Under the pieces are notes generated by a model. It was not told the DNA's origin. It saw only the letters and a list, made by a program, of their open reading frames with translations, and did no database searches. DNA of 64,000 nt from Ramazzottius varieornatus (lineage: Eukaryota > Animalia > Tardigrada), in NCBI GenBank assembly GCA_001949185.1, contig BDGG01000001.1, forward strand, positions 6,423,591-6,487,590, in the 5' to 3' direction. Positions 13,360 through 27,024 of the stretch are shown here, piece after piece (positions within the stretch are counted from its first letter, which is position 1; the number at the start of each line of letters is the position of its first letter). Position numbers and translations under genes: made by a program.

Positions 13360-14708
13360 ATGGGATCATGCCACGTTGGGTTACTAATTTGTTTACTGAC
13401 GTCTGATGTCTGGTTGCATTCAGTCCTCACAGCGGACAGTGCTGAGCTGACGCTTCCTCGACCGGTAAGCACTTGCTCCAACATCCCTTTTATTTTCCAT
13501 CCTGATGACGGCTTTCCCCAGTCTGCAGAATATTAAGTTATCTGGTTTCCACATTTGCGAAAACACTTTTCGATCTGCTGAAAGTTTTCTTCCGCCATCG
13601 AAGTTATCGTTGATTGTTCCTCCATTTTATGCAGAAACGTTTGTCAGTGCTGAATATCATGTACCGAAAAGGAAGTATGGACAACAGCACGCGTCGCTAC
13701 CAGTCGTACTACACACCAGCCCAGCCTACGACCATCGCGGCCATTGAGGGTAAAGGCCCAAAGTTCAGCCAAAACGATCTCGCGGACGCCATTGCCAGTC
13801 TACGCACTACCCGTGTCCGTTTCTCCGTGTCGTCGCGCTCTCCGTCCGTCGACTCCACAGACACCACCACTACCACAACCACATCCACATCGACCACCCC
13901 CGTGTCCACCTCGACTTCCAGTAGTACTCAACCACCTCCTCTTCGCGATCGCCCGCCTTTCGAAGTTCGCCGAGTATCGTTAGACATACCACCTTCCCAG
14001 CAACTTCCTTATGCGCCACCCGTTGCTTCCAAACGTACTCCATCCGTGCGACTTCCTCCTCCGACACACCCGTACATTCACCCAGTAGACCGTATCAAAG
14101 AATACCCGGCCACCCGACAACCACCCATCATTTATACGTTCGACCGTCCGGAGACACTGAACCCATCGTACCACGAGCTGATGCCACCAACGCCACCTAG
14201 GAAGCCCTCTTCGCCAGTGCCTACTACCGTATCTCATACACCACCCTATGTGACAGTGCACAACACACCAACTGTGCCACCTCGTGTTCACTGGACGCCT
14301 TCTCCTCCACGTGGCTCCCAGACACCATCACCCACATTCCAGGCTCGTTTGAACATCAACCCAGAAAGGAAGACAAAGAAGACAACTACAGCGCCACTAC
14401 GTCGAACTTCCTCGACCACGACGCCGCTACCTTGGATGAGCAGCAAGAACATCACGACAACAACCCCGTTCGGGTCTGGAGCTCCGATGGCCGCCAGCTG
14501 TCGAGGGCGAATCGGGTATTTCTCAGACATGTCGCCGGAGTGTAACGCCTTTCTGTACTGCGACCAGTTTGGCAGGTCGTTTCGCTTCCTGTGTCCCGAC
14601 GGGAGCCAGTTCAACCCCAGAATGTGCTTGTGTGATATGCATTCCGTTCAGTGTTCCGTGACTGGACCGGTCGTATCGTTTGACGACCCGTGTCCACCTC
14701 TCATATGA
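13360..14708 (+). CDS. Secreted mucin-like protein with C-terminal chitin-binding type-2 (peritrophin-A/CBM14) domain
   Basis: Signal-peptide exon 13360-13464 (MGSCHVGLLICLL...) splices in frame to 13635. Thr/Pro/Ser-rich body; C-terminal CRGRIGYFSD..CNAFLYC...FLCPDGSQFNPRMCLC. A possible in-frame upstream exon starts at 13010. Confidence 0.85.
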
Positions 14709-15623
14709 CGGCGCCATATTCATTTCTGTCATACAACTTTGTTCCAAAACTCAACTAAAGTCCTTTTTTCGAACTGATCGTTCTATCGTATATATGGCTC
14801 ATTCTTTGATCAATTGAATTGACGATTAAATTTGACGTTCGGTTACCTTTGACAAGTGTGAATCGTCGTCGTGTCGGTTTATCACAAACTTGCAAACGGC
14901 AGACTTCGCAAAAGCTTATTGCTTGTGCGCAACTCGGAAATGGGAAAGCAAAGACAGAACCGGACAAAACATAACAACATAATATCATTCAAAGAAATTG
15001 CTGGTGCAGAGCCCTGCAGCACCGCGTATACACCATACAGTATTGGCTTAACATCACATTGTGGCTAAGCATGGAGGCCGCCAGTCAAAAAGTTCGTGCC
15101 GTGATCCGTCAGTCGAAGATGCACCATTGAACTGGGCGCTTGAACTCTCGAGTCCACTAGTACTTAGTGCTTCTCCTGGGATCATGGCGCGGAATTCGTA
15201 CGGCAGATGGCATCCATGTGGCTACGTGCGAGGTGCATCCAGGGGAGCTCCATCTCGCGGCCACGCAGCCGTAATGCACGACCAGTCCCGTGAGACTTCA
15301 TCCTTGCGCACTTGTGTATTTAGGCCAGGGCTTGGCTGGTGGACTGACCAGTGGTCGCTGTGGATAGTCTGCTTCTCAGTTGAGCTTGTGAGCTCTTCTG
15401 GAGCTTGTTCGTACACGTTTCGTGGTCTTCTGCTTCTGGAGATGATCTTTGGCCGTTAGAAATGTTGAACTCTAAGTCCTACCTTCTCTCTGCAAAAAAT
15501 CAGGCCACCACATCGATCTTTTAGAAGAGCCATTTCCCATCCCTTCTGCTCGAGCAGGCGTTTCAACATTCTAACGTATTTGAGCGCATTCGCTTGAAAA
15601 GGTATGATGGCACCAGTCCTGCG

Positions 15624-15783
15624 GAGCTATTTAGCTCATTTAGCTCGTTTAGCTCATTTCGCCTTTCTTCTACGAGGTTTTTACAAAACGCCCATCCAGG
15701 CTCGTGCGCTGCACAACCCTGTTTTGCGTTTTCGTAGAAAAAAGGCAGATTCAGCTCGCGAGCTAAAACGAGCTAAATAGCTC
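15624..15783. mobile_element. Small MITE-like element (~160 bp)
   Basis: Terminal inverted repeats gagctatttagctc / gagctaaatagctc with subterminal tttagctc repeats and an inner inverted match. Confidence 0.6.
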
Positions 15784-16096
15784 ATCAGCTCTGTATAGCA
15801 CTCGCAATACAGCCCACTCGTTCGACAATCCGTACACTATTCTTCCACTTCAACTTGACAAAATCACCATTAGCACAGGAGTGCTTGCCATGAAGCTTTT
15901 GATTGTTTGTTCTTTTGAATCGCAAAGCTGGCGCGTTTCATATGGTGGGGAAAACACGTGGTTGATTTTCGATAAAACTGATTGTCCGTAGACTATCGAC
16001 GTCACCTCCTTTTACTTTTGGCAAGCTGTACGCTTGATGTTTGACTGGTGGCAGATAGAAATGACAGAATGGTGCACGGATTTCAAACGAATGGAC

Positions 16097-16654
16097 TAGT
16101 GCTAGCAACGATACGGTATACCGACATCGTATCGAAATATATCGAACAACGCAATAAAATATTCGGCGATATCGTATCGCGCCATATCGATATATTTTCG
16201 ATATATAGGTATTTTGCTGAATGGCAATCTCGCCAGTGATATCTCGTTTACGAAAGACCATGGTTGATTTCAAAGACTTGATTTTGGCCATGGTGCACCG
16301 AGCACACTCCGCCCATTCGGTTCTGGTACCAATTCTGTCCAGATTTCCATATGTTTGAAGTCTTGGTATAGTCATGTCTTTGCTGCATCCGACGCTTTTG
16401 ATCTTATTAATACTTTATGTGGAGATCGGCTTTTTGAGTTTTTGGGCTTGAACCAGTGGAATTCCGAAAAACTAAAATTCTAGAAATATCGATATATCGC
16501 TGCGATATGATCCGATATATCGAAGATACGGTAACGGAAAAATATCGTATCGAAATATCGATATCGAATGAATATCGAAGACCGCAATAAAACATCCGCC
16601 GATTTTGTATCGAAAAATATCGTATCGAATTTTATCGTATTTTTGCCAGCGCTA
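16097..16654. mobile_element. Non-autonomous hAT-type element
   Basis: TIR TAGTGCTAGCAA / TTGCCAGCGCTA; 8-bp TSD gaatggac / gagtggac (7 of 8); dense ATATCG/TATCGA subterminal repeats at both ends. Confidence 0.8.
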
Positions 16655-16980
16655 GAGTGGACTGATGTTGATTTTGATATATTATTTTGCCATGATGACT
16701 GTCAGTGAGCTCGCACTGACCAAACCAGAGCCAGCTCGTGCCAACACAGCGGCGTTTGATAGGGATGTCGTTCTGTCAGATTTCCCAAAACAGGACAGGA
16801 ACGGGAAAAGGACATGACAGGAACAAAACAGGAAGGCAGGACACGACAGGACAGGAACCTAAAAAAATGTTTTCGTGAAGCCTTGTCATACAATGGGAAG
16901 CAGTTACGTTGCCCGGAAAGCAGGAATACCTAAATGCCTCTCACAAGCTGACTAACTCTGATTTGACGAACCTATAGGGG

Positions 16981-17030
16981 NNNNNNNNNNNNNNNNNNNN
17001 NNNNNNNNNNNNNNNNNNNNNNNNNNNNNN
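16981..17030. other. Assembly gap (50 N)
   Basis: Run of N. Confidence 1.
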
Positions 17031-17067
17031 GGAAAAGTCATAGGAGGACAAAGCTTTGATCGACAAA

Positions 17068-17275
17068 TGGGCTCTGGGCAGAGCTCCTCAGACGTCTGAG
17101 GTCACGGCGTAGAGACATAATCGATGAAATTTAGACAAGGGTCATGGTAGCTCAAGGGTAGGGGCCGGGGCCTGCCATGTGGAGGCCAAGAAAGTTCAAG
17201 AAAAATCTGAAACCCTCCCTTGCCCTTGTCAAATTGACCCCAGACTTCTGAGGAACCTTGCCCACAGCCCAACTT
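17068..17275. repeat. Imperfect inverted repeat (MITE remnant) next to the gap
   Basis: tgggctctgggcagagctcctcagacgtctgaggtca...aatttagacaaggg is inverted relative to cccttgtcaaattgaccccagacttctgaggaaccttgcccacagccca. Confidence 0.65.
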
Positions 17276-17603
17276 TCAAAGCGCTTGCAGCTGTCAACTT
17301 CGGTGACTATGGTTGTGAAGGAGGAAAACATTGGTAAAGTTCCTCTTGTTCCTTACGAGTATAGAACCAGTCTTCCTTGAACTAGGATCGACGTTCGTTG
17401 TTAAAGGTGTTTGCTTTGAGCTATAACATTAGAGGTGCAGATTTCCATTGCATCGAGTTTTCTCTTGTACTGCTTGGCCCGTTTATTCACTTTTTTTTAT
17501 CATACTTTTCATCACATCGGTATATGCGTTCCACCATGAAAAGGCTGGCTAAGATTAGCTGCATTGTTTTGTCTGGATAGGATCAGAAAATTTGAAGCAC
17601 ACT

Positions 17604-20600
17604 TTATCGAGATAAGATGTACATCATATCGTCGTAGAGTATGGCGAAATCTGTTAAGGGATTCGCAATGACGCATCGTTTTCTTGAGCGCTGGTAGATG
17701 ATCGCTGCATCATTGGCTTTCTCCTGCAGAGGACGTAGTGCGTAGTTCGCCACACTGTAGAAGGCACGGGCTACTCCCAAGCAGACGAACCCACATTCTG
17801 TTGCTGCTGGAAAGAACTCCCCGTATGTCACTTCCTAGAAATTGTACAGTTCGTTTCGAAGACGTCATGTGTCTTACCGAAGAGCAGTCGCAAATGTGTT
17901 TGATTACAAGACAAACCTGGGCGTAGCGTTCATGGAGAATGGGTAACCAAGGTCCTTCTTCGAACGCCATCAGCCGGATGCGTACATTATTCTGGTTCAC
18001 CGTCTCTGGGGAGTAGTCTTGACCTTTGATGATACCAGCTCCTTCCGCGAGAAGGTTATCCAAGCCGGGACTTTGAAAACCGCAGATTAGATGCTGCAAC
18101 ACTGCGATAGCAAGTGGACTAGCAACGCTCTGTAAATAAATTCACTGTATGGTCTCTGATTTGGATATACCGAACTTCGACTGGCCAGAAAACAAGTTCA
18201 GCAATCAAACTCATGCCTGTACGAGCAAATTATCCACGCAGCCGAACGTAATGCATTCCGCGTTGATGAAAGGTTCTCGAAGCAGATCCGGAAGTACGGC
18301 GATGCGACCGCCTTCCGACAAGACTTCCTCTTTGCCGGGATCCGTATCAAATTCTGTCGGCATCATCAGCCGCCCATTCATTTCATGCTCTAAGAGAAGA
18401 TTCAGGATGCCAAGGTCGTGCTTCAAAATTGCGAACAGAATCTAAGCTCAGGACTTACGTAATTGAACGGTGATGGGGACGGTACTGTTAAGCGTCGAGT
18501 GTGGCGAAGAGGGAGACGGACCTTTACCCGGCGATAAGTTGGTCGTTATGCCGAGTGGTGCCGCTCCTGGGACCTCCAGTGTATTCGATGCTGGTTGCGA
18601 TAGAGCAATATCTTCAAAGGGTAGAGCTTTGACGTTCAGCGCAGCTAAGATGGCCGCTTTGTCCTGTAATACCGGGTCGGAAGAAATCTGTAGCATATGG
18701 CTGTAACTGGACAGGACCAAAGTCATTTGGCAATGGCGGATAGAAATAGCCCGGAGATCGGCCCGACAGAGTGGATGACCCTTGACTATCGTCAGCTTTG
18801 GCAGGTTCCACAGTTGGTTCCACTCGCGTTCTACAACGGCTGGGTTACCCAGAATAACGATTTCCCGACTTTCCTCGTACGGTACTCGACTGCACCGCAT
18901 CGGCAATAGGAGTTCTCGTAAGCCGAGTAGACCGCTACTTTCCGCTTCGGCCATGAGTAGGATTACAATGTGGTTGCGGAAGGGACGTTCAGCTGCAGCG
19001 GATCGAGTCTGCAAGGCATTTTCCCTTGCCTGTGTTTCACAAGGAGGCTTCTCAAGCTTGGGCACACTTACCAGCGTCGCTGCTTGGAAGGCCCGGGCGT
19101 TAGTCCAGTAATAGCTACCCGTGACGTCAACCTTTACAATCACACGCTCCTCGTCGAGCTGCTCCATCCGCTTATCCTGGCGGAAACTTCGTCGGAGATG
19201 CACAAACCTGTTCTTCTGGTCAGGAGAATAGCGTGGCCTGCGAAGAACATTTCAGTGTTGCGCATTGACTTATGGCCTGCTCAGGAAGCAGAAAGCTTCG
19301 GGGGATTCGTCGACTTACGTAAAATTTTCTTTGACATGCGTCAGGATCTTTTTCTCGAACCCTGGTGGCTGTTTGATCAGGGTTGCGTGACGAAGCTTGG
19401 TGATTTCTAGTGAGTGGGTCTTGCTGAGCAAATTCAAGAATGGGTTACGATGTCCGGTTTCGACCTTCGTCCGATCTTCACCTATCAGCCAGCCAGTAGT
19501 ACCATCAACCTTGGAGGGATTAATCCATGTTATAGAAAGCTGTATCCAATTTACCAACGCACCGAAAAGATCTTCGCATCGGCACTGCACTAAGTCGGCA
19601 GGGTTCAGAATGCCATCATGGCAGTACGGACAGTAGATTTTCGCCCTGCAATAGCGGTCAAAAAAGTTCGTTGTGACACATCAAGCGATCAAAGTCGGAT
19701 GAGATCAACTCAAGGCGGAGAAGCGCCTACCTTTGGATATGACGCTCAGATGCTGCGAAGAAAATACCGGCCCATCCATCTTCCACAGTCATGCCGGCAG
19801 GACAGATCTGCATGCCGTGTTGTTTGTTGTCTTTCTGTCCTTTGAACAGTCCAATCAGCAAAAGATCCAGCTTGGTTTTACAGAACCTGCGGAAATAAGA
19901 AGTGCCAGTCGGTGAGCTTCTCCATTCAAAATGTTGGGCGGCCTTACGCAGCGGCTTCAGGATAGGACATGTGGAGAAAATATGGGCTAAGTGAGTCAAC
20001 GTGGATTTCCGTGAAGCATCCTTGCTTGTAGCGCTGGGTCATCTCTTGGTGGCGCTGGGTATACGATGCATTCCTCAGGTAGAGGGACGACTCTGTCTCC
20101 GCAGCGGAGCTGGTAGGAAAGTACGCGCTGCAGTTGAGGAAAGCGGCCTGGGTAGCCGGGCAGCAAGCCAGGTTCATCAGCAATGTTCCGCATCCCGGAG
20201 CCAGACAGTTTTGCGCTAGAAGGCCCAGCTCTATCTCTTGTGAACAACAGATGTTGTCGCCGCGCTTCAACGAAAATGTAGGAATGTTCAAAAGAAGAGT
20301 CTGGAACAGCCGAAAGTAGATGTTGATCAAGCTTTCACAAGTTCAACAGACTGGAGTGCGGACCTTGGCTTTGACTTGCAGAATCTGGACGATACAGCGT
20401 GTGGCTGGTGAAAAGCTCTTGCAGGACGTAACGGTCATGACGGTGGTTGAGTCTTCTCGTTCGGGTGCATCTGAGCCTTTGTTAGCAACAAACATGCAAG
20501 CAAATGCCAGCTGGACTTTGGCCCGTTGCAGGTCTGCCATGCGCAACAGGGTTCCTAACAGAAAAGTCACCTGCCCGCGGTTGCGCTTTATGAAAGCTTC

Positions 20601-23262
20601 CATTTGCAGATCGGGCTGCTTCCTGTGAAAAGGAGAAGAGCATGGAATACAGCCCAAATCTGTAGGACTGTGCACATGGTTAGAAACAGAAACGTACTGG
20701 TCAACGTAGACGATTTTCAGATCTTGTCGTCTATGCTCCTTCCGATTGAAGTCTTCCAGGATACTTTCCATTGAAGAGATGGTTATATGTCCGGTGACAA
20801 TCACATGACCGGTTCCGGCTTCACAATTAAAGTCCCCGTTGTATTTCTGTCGGTTACTGATCAGATCAAAGACTTCTGGAATCGACGAAGCGAACAGAGC
20901 CTAGGATGCCGAACAATGAATTATAAACGTAGATGCAATTACGAAATCATGTGATTGTGAGCGTACCAAAGCGCTCACGATGAACACGCAGCACAGGATT
21001 CGTCCCAGCCGGGTGTCCGGTGTTACATCTCCGTATCCCACTGTCGACCTGTAACAGAAAACATATCTTAAGAAGCATCAACCGTAAATTACAAAGCATC
21101 AGTGTACTGTGAAGGTAAGCGTCACTCATACAGGGTAATGATGGAGAAGTAAACATAGTTCCAGAACGAATGACTTTCTTTGATGTTGCTGCCGCTCAGC
21201 AGGGGTTCGGTCGTTTTGTTGCCGGTGCTTTCTGAGGAATGTTCCTCACGCTCAAGTGTCGAGTTTTCCACCTAAAATCATTACCAGTTCTATTCAGTCA
21301 TCTGAGGACCCGGAGCATGATTGATTATGAAACCTAACACTAACAACAGCAATAAGTTAATGTGCCGTTACCAAATGGAAAAGACCGGAAGCGAGGAGCA
21401 GGGTCGAGAAGAGCAAGCAGGTGAGCTGGACTATTCGGAGAGCGGAACGTGTAGTTAGGGCTTTCAGGTGCTGCAGGAACTCGGGAATTGTCAACAGCTG
21501 CAGCGCACGCATGCACTTCAAACCTAGAAAACGATCGAAACCAGTAACAGGTTGCAGCAAAAAGGGTCCATGCATGTAACTAATTCAAAGGTGGCGAGGT
21601 TCAGAATGATTGCACGATGCATTCCATTCATGATCGGTCATGGTGTGGTGAGCCGCTAGCTTCTCCGTGTTCTTCGACAATTACTCAACAGGCTCATCCT
21701 TCTCAAGGACAACTCACCTATCCACGATCGTTGCAAGATGATGGTGAGAAATGCCGGTGGGATCGTAAAGTAATCAATCACGCTTGCCATTTGGAACAGA
21801 AAGCGCAGTCGATGTTTCGAAGCAGTCAACTAAAAACAGATGACAAAAAAATACTGCATTGTAAAACAGAGGGACGGAAGACCTTTCGAACTCCGATGGG
21901 ACAAGTACTGCAATCTTCCTACCTTACCTGTCATACAGTGTGGAAAATACCTCTCTGAAAGGTCTTTCATTTGGACTTTTATCACGGCTTCCAGTTGAGA
22001 ATGCCGATATCTCAAACCATGATCACAACTGGAAACCGGGAAAACCGTCCAGATGGAAAACCAAGCAGGGATGAATTATCGACACTGCATACAATACATT
22101 ACCCTCAACAAGAAAATCAGGAACAGCACGAGGTTGCACACGAAATCCACTTGCCAGTCGAACATTGTCAGCCAAATCCCGCACCATTCTATCTCCCCTT
22201 CTTCGGCACTATCAACAATCGAACTGACCCAGCTACTCCGCTCCTTTCATAATTCAGAGCGAGAGAATACTTACACTGTCACTTGGTAGAAGTAGATCAA
22301 AAGCGACAGCATCCCAGCCACAAATTCCAGCACGATCTATAACGAATGGGCAAGGAACTGTTAGAATAAGACGAAACCAAGATTATAAAAAGATTCTTCA
22401 GTGTGGTAGAACCATCTTTGTACAGCTGGGCCAAAAATTCCGTCTGACTTTCCAAACGCGTTTCATCACCAGCCTTTATTTTTATGCCACAGACCAAACT
22501 CTTTTCTCTCGGGAAAACCCAAAATATCGGAGGTACGACTACTGCACTCAAAACTACGACAAACAACTTTAGGCCTGAAACGCGAAAGTGGCGCACGAAG
22601 TTACGAACTGAATTTTCCCGGTATCTTCCAAAACTGCTTTATTTTCTCATGAGCTCGTTCGGACTTCTCCGGCAAAAGTGCTGATCTAGAATTATAGACA
22701 TCCAAACTAACACCAAATGTGCAAACTTTCTTTCGGGATCGCTCATTGCGAGTGCCGCTAGAATTTAGCTTCGTCAAAAAAGCTGCAATCTGCTCGGATC
22801 ACTAGCCGCACCTGATCAATGCGTCCTCTGTTTACAAATAGATGTCTTTGAACCCGGTAGATAAGAAAGAAGGCTACCAGTTATAGATAGAAAGTTAATG
22901 AGAAAAAAGTAACACCGGAAGTTGCATCAATTGAAAAAGCTCACCACCGTTTTCCCTGATCTTGTAGTGGCGATGAGGAATCCACTGCAGAACCGGCGCG
23001 CACCCGCAAAACATCCTTGAGAACCGCGCAGAACTTCCTCGGCGGTCTTTGGCTTCTCATGGCTGCGGCTTTCTTCTTCTGCACCCGGTCGTGCCACTGC
23101 CAGATAATTGTGCGCGGCTCCCCATTTAGACAAAAAACACACCAGCTTCCATAGATAGATCATAATCAAAATACTTAGAGGCAATGAGAAACTTGCACAT
23201 AAGAAAAGTAACCATGTGAAATGACCATCTTCGGCCTTACAACCTGTTCCGAGTGACGCCAT
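17604..23262 (-). CDS. Divergent Slo-family (BK/slowpoke-like) K+ channel alpha subunit, many exons
   Basis: S0-like first exon; S4 LGLKCMRALQLL; pore STVGYGD in the exon at ~21049-20968; LFASSIPE; RCK1 HVIVTGHIT; LLAQNCLAPG; RCK2 NHIVIL...GHPLCRADLRAISI; terminal VIANP. Confidence 0.9.
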
Positions 23263-23947
23263 AATCTTGCAGTAGCTTCCGGACAGGGTGACTTCAGAGT
23301 CACGCTTTGATCCGGGACGATGCAGAAGGACAAACTATTCCACTGTAAAGTAGTGTTCAGAAAGGGAAATCACTCATGAGGATCGTTATGCTAGTTATAT
23401 CTATGTATACGTAGATATGCCGCCCCAGCAGCCTACTACGGTTTGACGGATATAGTAAGTTCCCTGAAACTCAAACGAAGCAGGAACGTACAACAGGTAA
23501 CGTCTGCTGTGCGAGTACACGCTAAGTGGATTAGACGGTCTCAGTACAATAATCGTCCAACGGTCCGCGTACCGGTATGGCAATATTGCACCGGAGGCTG
23601 GCAGATCAGCTGCGCCGGTTGTACAGAGAAGGAGTTCCCATTGCACCTAGAGGTCTATAGCACCGGCAAACCAGAATAATCGATAGGTAAGACCGTAACA
23701 TGGATTAGCTGATTGTTCCAGAAGGTCGACTTCTATTACACATCACCTACGGTGCAAATAGAAAAACACTCGAATACACACAAAAATGGGTTTGTTGAAA
23801 CTAAAGAACTTGGTCCATCACAGTAAATCAGAAAACAGGTCCGCTTCTCGAGCAAAGAAAGATAAGTTTAGTCGGAAACTTGAAAAGTCATCGTGTAAAT
23901 TATAATATCTAAAACCTGAAAACCGGAGCACTTTTTGAAAGCCGAAG

Positions 23948-26052
23948 TTAAGTATCGAAGAGGCTACACCTATCGTATTTCCGTCCAAGGTCCGTCATAT
24001 GAAACTGGTAAAACACCTGAATATCGTCTCTCAGGTAGCCGTTCTTTTCCTTGGCACAATCGTGGCAGTGGACAATGTATGTGGACGAAGCATCAACAGA
24101 CATAGTGAAGAGAACGTTAAACACTTCCACCTAGAAGAAGGACAAAATCTGGTGAGGAATATTTTTGGAATTCGTTCCTGATATCCTACGATACCTGGCA
24201 ATCGAAGCAGTAATGGGCAGCTTCGTCTTTAGCCTTCGGCCAAAATGTCGTCGGGATATTCTGCTGCTTCAGCGTCTTCATCAAGTCATGGCTGTATTTC
24301 ATTGACTGCCTCAAAACATTTCGCACGACCTGCCACAGCGGTTCTTCTGCCTTCAGGAAGCGATGTTTAGTCGCCATGGACCAGGCTAGGTGGACCACCG
24401 GAATAATGGACTTGAAGCGCTCCATCTTGTCGAACTTGTAGCGCGCCACAGCCATGTGGAACTGCTGGGACGTCATGGGCATAACATTCCAGGCAATGTT
24501 GTTGCACCAGCCGACCGCCTGGACCCAGTGGACTGTTCCTGCGTTGATCCAGACCAAGTCACCTGCCTTCTGACGGAATCGGTAGACGGGGACCCTGGCT
24601 TGCTCCAGTTCCGCCAGGCTTGGCCACCAAGGGTCGCTCAAGAAGTTCAACTTCCGCCTAAAAATAAATTAAACCTCATTGGTTAAGCAAAGCAAGCTCA
24701 AACATCCATCGAGAATTCCGGTGCCTCTGACTGGAGGCCCGAAACCTCCGCAAAAATCGTCTCGCGAAAACCGAGTTTATTCAGAAAGTGAAATCAATGT
24801 TCAAGAAGAGCACGACTGATCAGCTGGGACTGGGCAAATGGGTTGAACCAGATCGTTTTCCAAGTGGAGCAGGCTTTCGGTCCATAACAATGTAGACGTG
24901 CGCTACTTAAGTTGACCATCTGGTTCCATTCACGCCCACGTCCCAACGCCGGTCGCCCATCCGAGAGACAGCATCGAATATTTTTTGGAAAGTTTGAAAA
25001 AGTCTTTTACTCTCGGCACAGCTGGTGCATGACAGGCCAGTATTCAGGTGAGACGCAGAACCATTCAGTGTCGCCGGGTCCGATGTTGATATTGACGGAA
25101 GCAGCGTCACAGTTCTCCTTATGGCCAGGAGTACGGCAACCGGGAATCTTCATGTAGAGTTGCAGGCTGTTCATTCCTAAGACGGTCTGTCCCAAGTCCT
25201 CGCTGAGGATGTTGCTTCTGGCCTTCAGTCGCAGCAGCTCTGGAAGCTTGTCCAGTTCCGTTATTTGCTTCTTCCACACTTGCTCGTCCGATAGATCGAC
25301 GTTGGTGCCAAACTCAATCCAGTCCGATTTTTTCTTTGACTTTTTGAACGGCACGTCGGAATTGTAGTCCTCGGCCTTGAGACCTGCACAACAGAAAAAG
25401 TTTTGCCCAAAACAACAAGCTAAGAATTTCAAGCGGCTAGTAAATGAACTTAATCAATCTTACGCTTGGAAGAACTTCCGCCGATGGTGCCATCTGTCAA
25501 CTTGGGTTGCTCGGAGGTCCGCTTCTTGTTCATATTCCAACTGCAGTAGTCTTGCACTTGCTTCTCGGCGTATTCTGCAATGGTAGACTTCCCCACATGA
25601 CTTTGACACTTCCATCCTTTCCCGTCAGTTCCTTCCGCACTGCGTCGCTTCTGGATGCGCAGTTCGATCTCTTGACCAGGGGCTGTTTCCATCAACGTCT
25701 TCGTGGAGAAGAGTTTCAGGTCCAGCTTCAAAACGGAGCTGATGTTTTTCACAAGGGTACATGGATGACGTTGTAAGGTTTGGCTAATGACAGATGACAA
25801 AGCAGTCTCCTTGCTGTCCAGAATAATGCAGGGTGTCTGGGGAGAAAGCACGGTCTTGTCATTTGTAGGAGGCGGAAGTGACACTGATATAACGTCGCAC
25901 TGGAGAAGCGTCAGCTGTGACGGAGCGGTTGTGACTTGAGCAAACCATTCTGCCAGGAGATCCTTGAATGTTGTGTAAGATAGCTGTTCACATTGTTGCA
26001 GGTGCTGCTTCAGTCTGACGTTAACGAAGGCCTCATAGGATGTTGAGGCCAT
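23948..26052 (-). CDS. KDM6-family (UTX/JMJD3-like) H3K27 demethylase, JmjC plus C-terminal Zn-binding domain, no TPRs seen
   Basis: FGTNVDLSD, GMNSLQLYMKIPGCRTPGHKEN, SVNINIGPGDTEWF, GDLVWINAGTVHWVQAVGWCNNIAWN, YCFDCQVEVFNVLF...VHCHDCA. Four coding exons. Confidence 0.92.
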
Positions 26053-26474
26053 GTTCGTTGCACCGCGTCGCGCCTGGAAGAACCTATTCGAATAAAAAGT
26101 TGAGAAAACTAAAATAGGATTTCAATATTCTCTGTCACAGAAAACTACATCTTGGTTCAGGAAAGGGCAAGAGACAAATCAAGATAAATACGGAAGTAAT
26201 AACCAGTCAGAGTTACCTTCGCGAGGAAATCGAAGACTGGTGGCCTGCTGCACGAGCCTGTTAGACAGTGAACAATGGTGGAAGGTTTTTCATCACATGT
26301 GGTCACCTGGTCAGCGTAATGATGGCAGGAAGGGATAAGAAAGATAAACTAGCAATGAAAGGATGAAAGAAGGGGAGTCGAAAGACACCGTGAATTGCAA
26401 TGGGAACTCTCTGGAGTTTAGAGTGCTGTTGCTCGGTGCTCACGCTACTGGTACATCGTACAGTTCAAGGCGTA

Positions 26475-26642
26475 CAGTGTACCAAAAAATTAACCGTTGA
26501 TAATGTGTTAGAAGGAGCCAGATGGAAATGGCCAATGGAATTCGCGCATGCGGCGAATCAAAACCGTTATTGGTCACAGGATAATTAAGCTCCCGTTTAA
26601 TTGTCACGCCCATTATCGACGGTTAATTTTTTGGTACACTTG
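26475..26642. mobile_element. Tc1/mariner-type MITE (168 bp)
   Basis: ~30-bp TIR cagtgtaccaaaaaattaaccgttgataatg, flanked by TA on both sides. Confidence 0.85.
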
Positions 26643-27024
26643 TACATATCCGTGTCATGCTTTGTCCGCTCGTTCTTTTGTTGGTTAGTCCTGCTACTGT
26701 AGCTTGACTGAATGTCGTCGTCGTACCTAGCAGAAGGAATTTTCTCAACATCAAAGTGCATTTCAGTCTGATTTACACTCATCGAGCGTTTTGCCACATC
26801 GTAGGAAATCATTTGCCGCGACTGCTGGTAGTTTCGTTGGAATCCTTGGACGTTGCACAAGTCTCGATCTGCCTGGTACCGGCAACCGCCCTGTCGAACC
26901 AATCGAGGTAAGAGCTAGGACTGTAGATGTTCTGTGAAACACAAAGATGGTCAAGATGGAGTCGTTATCTATGCGGCAGTATTTGATACGAGGTCAAGAT
27001 AGCGGGGTTGTCCACGTACAGGTA

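Noticed and set aside
16788-16860. CAGGA-rich short repeats before the gap
   Set aside because: Probably subterminal repeats of an element cut by the gap; boundaries cannot be defined.
2946-23262. Rab34/36, DRC5 and Slo3-like channel as a cilia/sperm gene cluster
   Set aside because: Unrelated genes are interleaved and there is no evidence of co-regulation; likely chance adjacency.
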